A stretch of 64,000 bases of DNA from Octopus sinensis (GCF_006345805.1 NC_043024.1:11222001-11286000); one strand, 5' to 3'. Counted from the first letter of the stretch, positions 26,471 through 40,021 are shown. Numbers and translations are program-made. Notes: generated by a model not told the origin, from the letters alone.

Positions 26471-27202
26471 ACGGTTTATACAGAAAGTTACTTTCTGTAT
26501 AAAATCTGTAAAGTAGCAGCAGAAGGAATCTCCAGGTGTTAAGAAGACAATCTAAAAACTAAACTAATTTTCTCTTCCCTCTTATGAAATTTTGTGCAGT
26601 TCTGAGATGGCATTGCATACCTGTATCATGAAATTTACTTGGTAAATAATGAAGAGATAAAAGCAAGGATTGAAGGCAAATGACATTTTATCAGTAAACA
26701 TTCTGTTTAATATTCATTTTTGCCCCACCTCTTTAAAAAATATATACCCAGAGTTTCTAGTGGGACTGAACCCGGAACCATGTGGTTGGAATGCAAACTT
26801 ATTACCGCATAGCCATGCCTGTGCCTATCTTCATTGTTTTATCACTAAAAGTTAGGACCATTGTGATCTGACAGGACTATATTTCAAATTGCTTAGAAAC
26901 ACATACACAAAAAAAAAGGTATGAGATCAAATGAAAGTCGAAAATTTAAAATGAAATTAATATGTATGCATATATGTGCAGGTGTGTGTGTGTGTGCACA
27001 CGTTTGTGTAATTATTATACATTCCAGTTTCAAAAATTAGAGAAGCAATTTAATGTAAAGTACTCAATACATAAAAGTAGAGTATAAATAGCCATTTCTT
27101 TCACTTTAGAATTCATCTGAGAGCATTAGAATGAGAACATTCAAATAAGGGAAAGCCATGTGTTTGCGTGCGTGCGTGCATGCATGGGTGTGGTGTGGTG
27201 GT

Positions 27203-27260
<58 letters not shown>

Positions 27261-27508
27261 AAGCAGGCAGGCAAAGAGAATGGAAGGTTAAGAAGGGAGT
27301 TGTGGTTAATTGTAGGATTTATTTGTCTGTCAGTAAGCTATGAATTAATTAGGAGTGTAAAGAATGTAAAGGAGGAAGCAAAAATGCCTCCAAAATGCCT
27401 TCCTTCTAGAGCATCTTACTTGCAGTTGATGAGAATACTGCTATGCCTGTCACAGACTATGACACCTCCATCTTGATTATACAATTAACACATGCTCAAC
27501 TTTATTAA

Positions 27509-27729
27509 CCCTTTCGTTACCCTATTTCTGTTGAGATGCTCTGAGTTTCTTTCAATTATTTTAAATATAACAAAGAATTTAGTAAAATAACTTGGTTATC
27601 ATTAAGCTGGTGTTAGGAACATAAATTGTGACTAAGGTTTGGTGGAAGATTTTAATTCAGAACTTTTGAAAACAAAACATTTGTATTACAGAACCAGAGG
27701 AGGGTTCAGCCAGGTTGGTATCAAAAGGG
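27509..27729. mobile_element. piggyBac-type MITE (copy 1)
   Basis: TTAA|CCCTTT...AAAGGG|TTAA, 221 bp. Confidence 0.85.
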
Positions 27730-27760
27730 TTAAGAATTGTTTCTCTATTATATATTTTAA

Positions 27761-27981
27761 CCCTTTTGTTACCATATTTCTATTGAGATGCTCTGTGTTT
27801 CTTTCAATTACTTTAAATATAACAAAGAATTTAGTAAACTAACTTAGTTATCATTCAGCTAGTGTCAGGAACATAAATTGTGACTAAGGTTTGGTGGAAG
27901 ATTTTAATTCAGAACTTTTGAAAACAAAACATTTGTATTACAGAACCAGAGCCGGTTCCAGCCGGGTTGGTATCAAAAGGG
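27761..27981. mobile_element. piggyBac-type MITE (copy 2, same orientation)
   Basis: TTAA|CCCTTT...AAAGGG|TTAA, 221 bp, highly similar to copy 1. Confidence 0.85.
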
Positions 27982-28369
27982 TTAAATATTTCCAGTATCT
28001 CAGTGATTATTCCTGAACCAGATGCATTCATATCCTTAAACTGAGCCTTCAATATGCAACAGCTAACTTTTTTTTCTTTGTTGAATCCACCCAGGACCCT
28101 CCCTTCACGTTCAGTAACCTCTCTCACTGTAACATTTCCATGTATCTTTCTCAACTTACTTTTCTCCAACCGTGTACTTTGACACATGGAACTTCATGTC
28201 TCAGATCCTGGCGTTCTAGGACTGCCTTTCAGTTTTCAGGGCTTTATCCTACATATATCCTCCTCTACAGTAAAACACCTGTTTCTGTCTCTCTGTCACA
28301 CTCTAATCTCTTAATCGCCTGGCACAAGGCCTCCTCCTCCAATACCCCACCCATTCTCAAAGGATTTTG

Positions 28370-28650
28370 TCTTGCAAGTTGCTTGGCGATCCCACCAGTG
28401 CTGATGCCATGTAAAAAGCATCTAGTCCACACTGTAAAGGGGTTGGCATTACAAAGGGCATCCAGCTGTAAAAACCCTGCCAAAATAGACCTCAACCCAT
28501 TCTCAAAGGTGGTTGGTGTTAGGTAGGGCATCCAGCCATAAAAACTATGCCAAAACAGTGAAACCTGGTACAGTCTTCTGGCTTGTCAACCCCTGCCAAA
28601 CTATCCATCCCATGCCAGCATGGAAAATGGACAGCAAATGACGAAGACAA
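28370..28650 (+). mobile_element. family C retroposon, diverged, with partly duplicated 3' region
   Basis: GGGCATCCAGC motif twice; ends CCATGCCAGCATGGAAAATGGAC. Confidence 0.65.
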
Positions 28651-29662
28651 TTACATGCCCACATCATTTACTTTCCTTCAGGCTGGTACCTTGACCCAAC
28701 CACAGATCCACTCTACTTCCTGCAGCTAGTTGTCTTGTAGAAACTCACATTTGACTTGTATATTATAGGTCTCATATCCTTTACCTGACACACATGCATG
28801 CATACATATGCATGTGTGCACACTTGCATGTGCATGTGTGAGTGTGTAAGGTAATTAATTGGCAGAGGCTGTTTGGGTTGCAATATTCGATCTGGCTCTC
28901 TTCCTTTTGAGTTCAAATCCACTGAGGTCAATAAAGTAACCATTCACTCTCTCCCCTCAATATTCCACTAAAGTAAAAGTGAGGGAGGGAAGAGAGTGCT
29001 TTGTCTGTTCCACCAAGCATGATTTTTTATTTTCCATAAGGATATACAAAGACTGGACAATACAATCACGAATGATTTTACATATAAAGCGAAATTTGGG
29101 GTCAATAAAAATTTAACATGATTTTATATACAACAAATGAATTAACAATACAATGGACATTTTTAAACATATGGAGTGGGGCGGGTTTACGGACCCAAGA
29201 AACCCCGCCTCTCACTGACCTCGGGTTTTGGGCTTATCTCGCATCCACGAGAGACCTTTTATACACAACATTCTTCCATCTTTCATCAAATACTTCTTAC
29301 TCGGGCACCTCCTCTCCAACCAGCCACTACTCCCACTCCCCAGGTCACTTACTATAGACATCTATCACTCTCTCTCAAGTTCACTAGGATTCACCCTTTA
29401 CTACTAACACCCATTACTCTCTCTCTGACATGTGCTCACCTCTATAACAGTTCATCATGAGCGCTATTTTCCATTATGCTCCTTCCAGCAATGTCTCTTC
29501 CATCAACCCCCACCCCTACCATCTTGTCACACCAGTCAAGCTTCTCCCATCACACTCTCAATTCCTTCACCCTCTCACCAAAGATCAACTTCTGCTATCA
29601 CCCACCTCTATCTTCAAACTGATAAAATATATAATATTATTAAAATACATGTTGCAGGTAAT

Positions 29663-30062
29663 AGGCGCAGGAGTGGCTGTGTGGTAAGTAGCTTGTTTAC
29701 GAACCACATGGTTCCGGGTTCAGTCCCACTGCGTGGCACCTTGGGCAAGTGTCTTCTACTATAGCCTCGGACCGACCAAAGCCTTGAGTGGATTTGGTAG
29801 ACGGAAACTGAAAGAAGCCCGTCGTATATATGTGTGTATATGTGTGTGTATGTTTGTGTGTCTGTTTGTCCCCCTAGCATTGTTTGACAACCGATGCTGG
29901 TGTGTTTATGTCCCCGTTACTTAGCGGTTCGGCAAAAGAGACCGATAGAATAAGTACTGGGCTTACAAAGAATAATTCCCAGGGTCGAGTTGCTTGATTA
30001 AAGGCAGTGCTCCAGCATGGCCGCAGTCAAATGACTGAAACAAGTAAAGAGAGAAAGAGAGA
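29663..30062 (+). mobile_element. SINE family A, full length, antisense to boule
   Basis: Plus-strand head AGGCGCAGGAGTGG and tail. Confidence 0.92.
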
Positions 30063-30539
30063 GGTTCAACCCTTGGTCTCTTTCAGAAATATCAGCTGAA
30101 ATATCCAGTCTCAACGCATCCAAGACTAGAGGCAAAAAAGACTATTTATAAATTCTTCAAACTTATAAAATAAGAAAAAATTCCAAGTAATATTCCCATG
30201 CCAAAAAGCAGCTTTTCAAAATTTATACATCTTTAGTTGATATACCACACACCTGAACATCAAAGGTGATTCTTTATTCAGCAGCATCAGTTCGTTATAT
30301 GAACCAATGAGCACGGGAAGGTTTATTTTTACAACCTTCTCCTGAACCAGAAATATATAAATATATAAATATATATATATTTCCTTCTGCCTTGTTGCAA
30401 AAAATATCTGAAATTCCTAAACAGATTCTGTAACTATAAAAAAATATCCAATATTCCTTCTAGCTACAATGACACAAGCTGCATAAACTACCTTTATATT
30501 AATCATCAGTTTGAACTAAAGAGTCTGTTTACTTTTAAT

Positions 30540-30895
30540 CAGAGTGTGCTGTATGCCATCATCGCTAACAACCGACTACATCCCAGCCTGCTTAAGGCTT
30601 CCATAGCTCTTCAGGTTTTTCACAAGTGGCTAGACAATGATACTAGGCTTGCTGCTTGTGCATTCTGAATAAGCTCTCTGATAACTTGCCAAGAATATCA
30701 CTTCATGCGGGCTCACTCGCTATTAGTAACACTGCTTACATAATATCAACTTTCCACCTACTCCTTAAAACACAGACGTGGTAGCCTTCCTGCTTCTGTC
30801 AATTTATCAAGGATGCTAATTGTTAACGCTAATCTTTACCATATACATACACCCGTCTTCATCCAGGCATTAATTTCTACACTATCTCCAGCAGC
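30540..30895 (-). mobile_element. decayed RTE-like LINE fragment
   Basis: Minus strand gives LVDRxYGSH/DMVLIV-like YADD-region residues followed by a Cys-rich segment, similar to 56580-57000. Confidence 0.55.
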
Positions 30896-31808
30896 TTTTT
30901 CTTTCTATAGATCCTTACGATGAGAACCATATCATCTGTCGACAAGAGTGCCCTATATATATATATATATATATAATATATATATATATGTATGTGTATG
31001 TATGTATGTATGTATGTATATATGTAGGTATGTGTGTGAGTGTGTATGTATCTCTTTCAGGTGCAAGTATGTTAAGCACCAGCCGGAATGAAACACAGGA
31101 ATAAACTTATGTCTTCAGAAAAGGATTCAATAGCTCTTGTGAGCTATTTAAAAAGACCTATATTTCACATTAGTCATAGCACTATAAAAACACGCAACAA
31201 ATCAAAACATTACTAAATCAAGAAATGGTTAATGCTGTAACCACAGCCGAATATAAATGATTATATATTTTTGTTTTCCACTACCGCTGTCATATTAGCA
31301 TCACGGGAAGGAAAGGGGAAAGGGGTGGGGATGGCAAAGATGTCTGTTTTAGTCATATTTTCTCTCATCGTTATCTTTATTTTGGAAAACGTATCTCATT
31401 CCGCATATATTGTTTATATATTTTCTCGTCCCAACTCCTTACGGCTACTGAATGCCACGAGATTTCTCACACCACATAACCCATCTGTTGTGTTTCTGAA
31501 TTATCATACCAAATAAACATTAGTCATTCTGATGATACCAACCAGCCCCAGATTCCATGATGTAACCACTCTCTTTGAAAGTGTTCAAATCCAAATTAAA
31601 ATATTCCATCATAAATTTATCAGAAATTTTCATCATGTCCAAAAATCAGCTAACTAACAAACAATTTATTTTACTCAATACCAACAAATTATTATTATTT
31701 AAAACATAGGGTCACAAAAAGTTTACTCCTGGATACCTACTTCAGAGACAACTTTTATAATTCCTTAGGATTTTCAATAGGTCTATTTTTTTACTATATA
31801 TATATATA

Positions 31809-32204
31809 CTAGCGGTATCACCTGCCGTTGCTCAGGTTTGTTTCAAACCTTTAGAATTGGAACTTTTGAAAAGTAAAAATTTTGCATCATGTAGCTTGTT
31901 GGTCTCTTTAAGTGAACATTTTTCTGGTTGAAATACACTGATAAATGGTGACACAGCAGTAAAAAAAATCGTAAAAAATAGGGATTTTCATAGAAAAAAA
32001 AGCCCCTTTTTGATGTAAATAATTTTTGGTGTTAACATGGTCTGATTTGAATTTTATCTTCTACGGAATGAAGAGCAAGCCTTCTTCTATCATACTCTCA
32101 ATTTTGGTCAACTTGCACCGCAAGGTCTCGGAAGAAATAGTGTTAGTTGAAGGCTACCAAACCTGCCGCACACAGACAACTTCAGCTTTATATATATATA
32201 TAGA
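31809..32204 (-). mobile_element. non-autonomous Helitron (copy 1)
   Basis: On the minus strand begins A|TC and ends CTAG|T; homologous to 38107-38502. Confidence 0.8.
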
Positions 32205-32209
32205 TATAT

Positions 32210-32490
32210 TGTTTAACGTCCAGCTTTCATGCTAGCATGGGTGGGACGGTTTCACAAGAACTGGCCAGGCAGAAGCTTGCACCAGACTTCTGTAACTGTT
32301 TTGGCAGGATTTTTTACAGCTGGATGCCCTTCCTAACACCAACCACTCAGCAGAGTGGACTTAATGCTTTTTACATGACACAAGCACAGGCGAGGTTTGT
32401 TTTGGCAAAGTTTTTACAGTTGGATGCCCTTCTGAACACCAAACACTTTACAGTGTGGACTGGGTGCTTCTAAGTGGCACCTGCACTGAC
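32210..32490 (-). mobile_element. family C retroposon, diverged
   Basis: Same motifs as 1990-2150. Confidence 0.72.
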
Positions 32491-32662
32491 AGGGTCACCA
32501 AGTACTTGGATGGCAAGACAAAGGGAGGCGTGTGTTGGATGATGAAAAGTTAAAAGTTAAAGGTTAAAGTGAGAGAGAAACAGGTGTCTTGCTGTAAAGT
32601 ACAAGGTTACCCAGCCAGAGAGAGAAAGATCAGGAATGATAACAGAAACAGGTGCGAGATAT

Positions 32663-32694
<32 letters not shown>

Positions 32695-32699
32695 AGGAT

Positions 32700-33036
32700 T
32701 AAGACCCCTTTTGGTCATGAAAGACCATGAGACTGCAGCTAGAAAGTTCCCTTCCGAGGAATAAGTCCGGGCAAGACTGTTTATGGAAGACCAGCAGTCG
32801 CCCATGCATCCCAGCCTCCTCTTCTCCTTGCCACTGATGTTATCCAAGGGAAAGGCAAAGGGGCCGATACAGCTTGGCACCTGTGATGTCGCAACTCATT
32901 TCAACAGCTGAGTGAACTGGAGCAATGTGAAATAAAGTGTCTTGCTCAAGAACACAACACAACAGCCTGGTCCAAGAATCCAACTCACAACCTCATGGTT
33001 GTAAGCCTAATGCTCTAACCACTGAGCCATGTGCCT
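32700..33036 (-). mobile_element. tRNA-headed SINE family H (copy 1)
   Basis: Minus-strand head GGCACATGGCTCAGTGGTTAGAGCATT; body shared with 58318-58605. Confidence 0.78.
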
Positions 33037-33049
33037 TCACTAACTCACT

Positions 33050-33230
<181 letters not shown>

Positions 33231-33607
33231 ATATAATATTTATAAATAATGTATAGAATATTTATGTAATACATATTATATACATTCTTTGCAGCCATCT
33301 TTGAAGAACCGTCTGAACCACTCATACACTCCTCTCCAAACACTTTCTGCAACTTTGTGTAGACCTCTGAGCAAGTATCACCATGACAACTTTCTCTGTC
33401 ATTGTCAATGCAATGATCACACGCTACACAAGTTCCTTCCAAGCACTGCAGTAAGCAGAAGTGAGCTAGAATGTTAAAACTTAGTGTGCATACACAACAG
33501 AGTTCAAGGTCAATTTTTACCAAGCAGCTTACCACTGCGTGCTTTAACTTCGTTATTATGGCAACAGTCCGGATACTTATTGATCTGACCTCATGTATAT
33601 TATATAT

Positions 33608-33756
33608 ATCTGTAAAATAATATGTGACAATTACTCAATAGCCAAGATAAAACTCTGAGTTTCGGAAGAGATGGTGTTGTGGATTTCCACTTCGGCATCC
33701 GGAACTCAGAGTTTTATCTTGGCTATTGAATAATTGTCACATATTATTTTACAGAT
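33608..33756. repeat. hairpin element, about 59-bp arms (33608-33666 and 33698-33756)
   Basis: ATCTGTAAAATAATATGTGACAATTACTCAATAGCCAAGATAAAACTCTGAGTT pairs with its reverse complement with about 2 mismatches. Confidence 0.9.
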
Positions 33757-33819
33757 AAATTTCCTCTATTTACATAATATTGAGGTCTCTTTTTTTCTTT
33801 TGTTATCTTACCGTTTTTA

Positions 33820-33873
<54 letters not shown>

Positions 33874-33983
33874 GTATATATAATTATATTACATAATATA
33901 TGTAAGTTAATTCAGCTAATTTTCCCCCTTTCCTTTAAACAATTACCAAATTACCAAATTGAATGTTGGAAAAGAAATCTTAC

Positions 33984-34100
33984 CGTTGTGGTAATTCCGC
34001 CAACAAATATCCTGTTTGGTATCACAGTTCCGTATTTTGGTGCCTGAGTACTTATCGGAGTACCAACGGGAGTAGGACATGGTGAAACATCAGAAGAGGA
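33984..34100 (-). CDS. boule: boule coding exon E2: SSSDVSPCPTPVGTPISTQAPKYGTVIPNRIFVGGITTT (contains RNP2 IFVGGI)
   Basis: 117 nt, acceptor ttttgttttttgtag, donor ACG|gtaaga. PKYGTVIPNRIFVGGI matches the Boule signature PRYGTVIPNRIFVGGI. Confidence 0.97.
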
Positions 34101-34576
34101 CTACAAAAAACAAAATAAATAAAGAGTTAATTATTTTCTGAGTGAAAAAAAAGACGGATTCTTCTTTTACTCTTGATAAAAAAAGATTGTCTATTGAAAA
34201 TCTTTTGTATATCTTTCGAAGTAACATTCACCAATGCAAGACAAAATGCAATGCTATTTTCCCTATCAGTTTGCATAATTAATAACTAGCACAATCCTTT
34301 GATCTTTTAATGGTTAATGACAAGCAGAAGCATTCAGGTTTTATTTGCAGAAATGTTTTTTAAAAGAACTTTCCAACTCCTAATAGCAGAAGAAAACGAG
34401 CTTCATGTGATGAGAATCAATTCTTCATTCAAAGAACATTCTTTAACTAATTAAACCAGGAATATATTTCTTAGATGTAAAGGAGTTATACTCCTACTTT
34501 AATCTAATAACACCTAGCTGTTAGAACTAAGTATTAATTTGTTATTCAGGTAAAACTTTGACATTCATCTGCTTAC

Positions 34577-34579
34577 CAT
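34577..34579 (-). CDS. boule: boule probable start-codon exon E1 (only the ATG is coding; 5' boundary unknown)
   Basis: Minus strand reads GGCTCAGGTTTTGTG-ATG|GTAAGC, a strong phase-0 donor 476 nt upstream of the phase-0 acceptor of E2. E2 has no Met. DAZ-family genes often carry the initiator Met on a separate upstream exon. Confidence 0.55.
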
Positions 34580-34774
34580 CACAAAACCTGAGCCTTTTAG
34601 AGGACCAAATATACAATTATTTGGCTAAATCCCTCTTTAATCTACCCTAATGTCTTTAAATTAAAAAACAAGGAAGAACACATTGGATAATGTAGTCTTA
34701 AGTACAGTCATTGGATAATGTTTCTATAAATATTTAAAAGACTGGATATTTGCTATTTGAACACTTTCATCAAA

Positions 34775-35129
34775 AGACCCTTTAGAATTGGAATTTTTGA
34801 TAAGTAAAAATTTTGCATTATGTAGCTTGTTATTCTCTTTAAGTGAACATTTTTCTGGTTGAAATACACCAAAAAATGGCAACACAGCAGTAAAAAAATC
34901 GTAAAAAATGGATTTTCATAGAAAAAAAGGAACTTTTTGATGTAAATAATTTTTGGTGTTAACATGGTCCAATTTGAATTTTTTCTTCTAGGGAATGAAG
35001 AGCAAGCCTTCTTCTATCATACTCGCAATTTTGGTCAACTTGCGCCGCAGGGTCTCGGAGGAGATAGTGTTAGTTGAAGGCTACCAAACCTGCCACACAC
35101 AGACAACTTCAGCTTTATATATAGAGAGA
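34775..35129 (-). mobile_element. non-autonomous Helitron (copy 2, 3' end missing)
   Basis: Homologous to copies 1 and 3; A|TC 5' end at 35129. Confidence 0.8.
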
Positions 35130-36212
35130 TGAGCAAGAGTGGAGTTGTTACGTAGTTGATCAGTGTATCAATGTTTTTGTTAGTGACGTAGGCCCCTATA
35201 AAACTCCCAATGACTATTTTATTTAACTTTTTCCTAAAGGAATGTCATCAAAATGAAAGTACAAGGTACACATTAACAAAGCAACACCAACTTGATTACA
35301 TCAATGGAGGAGATGAAGGTGTATCCCCCCACAATGTTTTTTCAGATGGGAATTGTGCAGTTTCCAGGTTAGAGAGTATTGCAACAGAAATTCAGCCCTT
35401 ATACAAGAAATCAGTGCCCATGAATCAATATCTTGTAAATACAGGTGAAATCAGCTACATGTAATCACATTGCTTTTGTTCAACTTCCCTGGGCAGGCGA
35501 AATGGTATGACAGGTAAAAGCATTCATAATGTAGAACTATCATTACATTGTCTCGGCAAATTTTATGCAAATTCAAGCAAGTTATATTTTTATGATTTTT
35601 CTACCAAACTGCTTTTCTTCGAAATCTCTAGTTTCTAACGAAACTGGAAAATTTATATAAAAAAAACTATAACAGGAATTTAAGCTAAAACTACAGATTA
35701 TCACAAATTAAACTCTTTGATGAATAACCTCAGCTATGAATAATTTAACAAAGCATATATAACATTTTCAGACAAATGTAAGCAAAACAATTTGACGAGT
35801 GACGCAGAGCTTTCAGAATCCTCAATTATCTGCAACCTGTTGTTGAAGTTGCAGACAATGTAGTTTAATGAGTTGCTTTTAGGCATTACTAGCAGTAATA
35901 CCTGGTACTGCCCAGGTATGCACATGTGTATATGTGTGTGTGTGTACCTGCATATGAGCAGGTATGCATGCATGTGTGCTCAGTTCACTCAGCTGAAAAT
36001 GGGTACCAGCCAACTGGTGGTGCAGCTCATTCTCCCTCAGCTGTCACAGCCTCTATGTTCTGCTATATCAAGGGACAGAAGGGGCCAAGAGAGTGTCAAT
36101 ATTTGTTTACGACTACATAGGTACCTAAAAGCAATTAGCAAAAAGCATGATCGATGCCACCAGGTTACAGGTTATGCCTGCTTGCAAGAGACAGCTAATT
36201 TTATATATATAT

Positions 36213-36465
36213 ATCATCATCATCATTTAATGTCTGCTTTCCATGCTAGCATGGGTTGGACAATTTGACTGAGGTCTGGCGAACCAGGCTCCAATCTGAT
36301 CTGGCAGAGTTTCTACAGTTGGATGCCCTTCCTAACGCCAACCACTCCAAGAGTGTAGTGGGTGCTTTTACGTGCCAGTTTGGTAGTAATGGCAACGGCC
36401 ACGCCCAAATGGTGCTTTTTATGTGCCACCTACACAAAAGCCAGTCCAGTGGCACTGGCGACATA
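36213..36465 (-). mobile_element. family C retroposon
   Basis: Same motifs. Confidence 0.85.
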
Positions 36466-36474
36466 TATATATAT

Positions 36475-36518
<44 letters not shown>

Positions 36519-38106
36519 CACACATATATATACATATATATATATATAATACAGAGGTATACACATAGAAGTACATCGCATTACCTGTCAAACAGATTAA
36601 AGCACTCAAACAGATCAATGTGATAATCATATGCACACACATACATGTTTATACAGATATACTTATCAATGAATGTGATGGGAGATAAGTGTTTTGTATA
36701 AATGGGGATGTATATAAAAATGGGGTACATATGAAAATGTGGTGCATGCATGCGAGCACACACACATACACACAACACATGCACACCTGTACATGCCTAC
36801 GTTCAGTGAACAAGTGAAGCACAATGAAAAAAGATGAAATATCCATATTTAAGAAATCTAACATTAAAACCTTATTGTTTTTCCTACATTTTTCATGTCA
36901 CTGAGAATTGTCAGGGGTTCACTGAAAAAGTTGTTGAATGGTGCTATAAATGTAGGTAATTTATAAGATTATTAAAATCCTTCATAAAGGAGTCAATACT
37001 ACATAGGTAACTAATCTCTATGTTCAAAGACTTCATCATTAAACACTGTATGCATTGTACCAAAAAAAAAAATTTTTTTTAACACATAGACATGGTATCA
37101 TTTTCTTAAGTTGCTATGCTTTATATTCACTAACTTGAAATCTTTGATTTGAATATTTCACTGGCCTTGGGCAAGACTATGCTTCACTCAGAAGGTCACT
37201 TTATCAAGACCATGTCCATTATCAGAAACTCACTCCTAACTGCATATGTCAATATTTCAAAGTTGTCTCCCTTAGTTCTCTTAAACCAGTTGTTAAAGTT
37301 AATTTTTGCTCCAGGTGTCACTTTAAATAAACTTTTTGAGCTTACTACATTAAGCATGTTAGCCTCCACATAACTCTAACAACTTTTCTAGGATGAGTTA
37401 TTTTCCCCTTTCACACACACACACACACACGTCTGAGTAAAAGTTAAAAAGAGCAACACCTAACAAAGTACCACATTTATCCTGTATGATTTACCTATTA
37501 AGATCATCCACGTTGCCATGATACAGTTATATGAAAAGGTCACCCAGTGAACTGATTCCGCAAGCCACACAAACACACCATCTCATTCTTTCTTATGAGG
37601 CATTATACAAACAGCCATAAATCACCAGGGAACCAAGGACCTCCTGACCCACTTCGGATTCCCAACATCAGCCAGTTGTCCATTTGTCAATAATATTATC
37701 AGTAAAGACGATAAGACATTACAATTTTTCATTTTGCCTGTCTTAAACTCTCCAAAACCTCACAGAAACTTAATATAGAGGCTGATATATGGAAAATGTT
37801 ACTTATTTCTCATTAATTACTTTTTTTGATATTTGTTAATCAGTGACATCTCATTGATTTCTCCACTAAGTTATGTCCATTCCTATTTTGTTTTGTTTTT
37901 TTTGTAAATTGCCAAACCATTATTAATCGGAGCTATGTAGAAGCTTTTTGGTGATAGCAGTGAGATTTTTAAGAACTATGGACTATAAAGATAATGCAGA
38001 AATATTGAATGAAATTTGATTTGAACAAAGTAAATAAAAGCAGTGACAGAAATTCTTGCATGTGGTAAAAATGTAAATGTTTATATTTAGGCTCAAGCAA
38101 TCCTAA

Positions 38107-38502
38107 TCTCTCTATATATATATATACAGCTGAAGTTGGCTGTGTATGACAGGTTTGGTAGCCTTCAACTAACACTATCTCATTCGAGACCCTGCGGCAC
38201 AAGTTGACCAAAATTGAGAGTATGATAGAAGGCTTGCTCTTCATTCCGTAGAAGATAAAATTCAAATCGGACCATGTTAACACCAAGAATTACTTACATC
38301 AAAAAGGTGCTTTTTTTTCTATGAAAATCCCTATTTTTTATGATTTTTTGACTGCTGTGTCGCCATTTTTCGGTGTATTTCAACCAGAAAAATGTTCACT
38401 TAAAGAGAATAACAAGCTACATAATACAAAATTTTTACTTTTAAAAAATTCCAATTGTAAAGGGTCGAAACAAACCCGAGCAATGCCGGGCGATACTGCT
38501 AG
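38107..38502 (+). mobile_element. non-autonomous Helitron (copy 3)
   Basis: A|TC start, subterminal GC palindrome CCCGAGCAATGCCGGG, CTAG|T end, no TSD: canonical Helitron ends. Confidence 0.85.
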
Positions 38503-39189
38503 TAATTTTTAAAAAATAAGAAACCATATCTTTGAAACATGAAAGAGGGTTAAGAAGAAAATTGCCATCATCATCAGAATAATTAAATGTTCACTTTTCC
38601 ATATTTGAATGGATCAAACAGAATTTGTTGGGGCAAGTTTTCTATGGTCTGTTGCCCTTCCTGCTACCAACCATCAACTGATTCCAAGCAAGATATTTCC
38701 CCATGGCCAGACATGCTTTTTGCAAAAGACTGGAAACAAGTAACCTCGCTTGTATGAAGCGGGTGTACATTTACAACCATCCCATGATGTCTAAGCAAGG
38801 GTACACACAAACACACACAAAACAGGCTTCTTTCAGTGTCCTTTTTACCAAGTCTGCTTACAAGACATTTACTCAAACTCTTGTGCTGTGAGACTGAACT
38901 CAAGACTACACAATTGGCAAGCAAGCTTCCTTAACCACGCATCCACATCTGCATCTATGCCATGCCTGTCATAGACAAAACTTGAAGAAAAATAGAAAAA
39001 AAAAAATGAACTACTAAACTATCTTGGAATTCAGTCAGTCATCAACAGTTTGCTATGCACACAAATTACTTTTAAGAATTGTTGCAACAGGTGAACAACA
39101 AATGCATCAGCATAAGGTGGAAGCAATTACCAAAGGGGAGAGAGTAACAAGATGAAGACAACCAACCAATTCAGGAATAGATTTGGTAA

Positions 39190-39775
39190 TCATCATCATC
39201 ATCGTCATCATCATCATTTAACGTCTGCTTTCCATGCTAGCATAGGTTGGACGATTTGACTGAGGTCTGGCGAACCAGACTCCAATCTGATCTGGCGGCG
39301 TTTCTACAGCTGGATGCCCTTCCTAACGCCAACCACTCCGAGAGTGTAGTGGATGCTTTTACGTGCCACTGGCATGAGGGCCAGTTTGCTGGTACTGGCA
39401 ACGGCCACGCCTACATGGTGCTTTTTACGTGCCACCTGCACAGGAGCCAGTCCAGCGGCACTGGTGATGACCTCGCTCGAATATTTCACATGCCACCAGC
39501 ACAAGTGCTGGTAAGGCGACGCGGCAACGATCACGCTCGAATGGTGTGTTTAACGTGCCATTGTCACAGAGGCCAGCTTGTTGCTCTGGCAACGATCTCA
39601 CTTGTATGGTACTCTTTGCACTCCACTAGCAACGGATGCCAGTCACCGAATTTGATTTTGACTTCGATTTCACTTGCCTCAACTGGTCTTCGCAAGCAGA
39701 GTTTAGTGTCCAATGAAGAAAAGGCACACTTAAGTGGACTGGTTACACCCCTAGCATAGGCCACAAGGTTATGGT
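39190..39775 (-). mobile_element. family C retroposon, longest copy
   Basis: Same 3' motifs, extends further 5'. Confidence 0.85.
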
Positions 39776-40021
39776 CACACTTGTGCTTGCCGAGTCTTAA
39801 AAACCACCAATTTTGAAATGTCTTTCTAACATGCACAAAGGACATGTTACAGAAAAGTTGGGATTTACAGGATTGCACTAAGCAGCTGTTGATAATTACT
39901 TTGTCACAAAACTAAATAATTGGAAGTAATTATTATTAGACACATAATTATCTTATAGAAATGTAATAAATCAGATGCCTAGATATCTGTATATTTTGCA
40001 AAGATTTTGAAATAAGATTAA

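Noticed and set aside
31439-31497. Exon-like segment with donor GCC|GTAAGG between E2 and E3
   Set aside because: Stop codon in the boule frame and no homology; it could only be non-coding, with no support.
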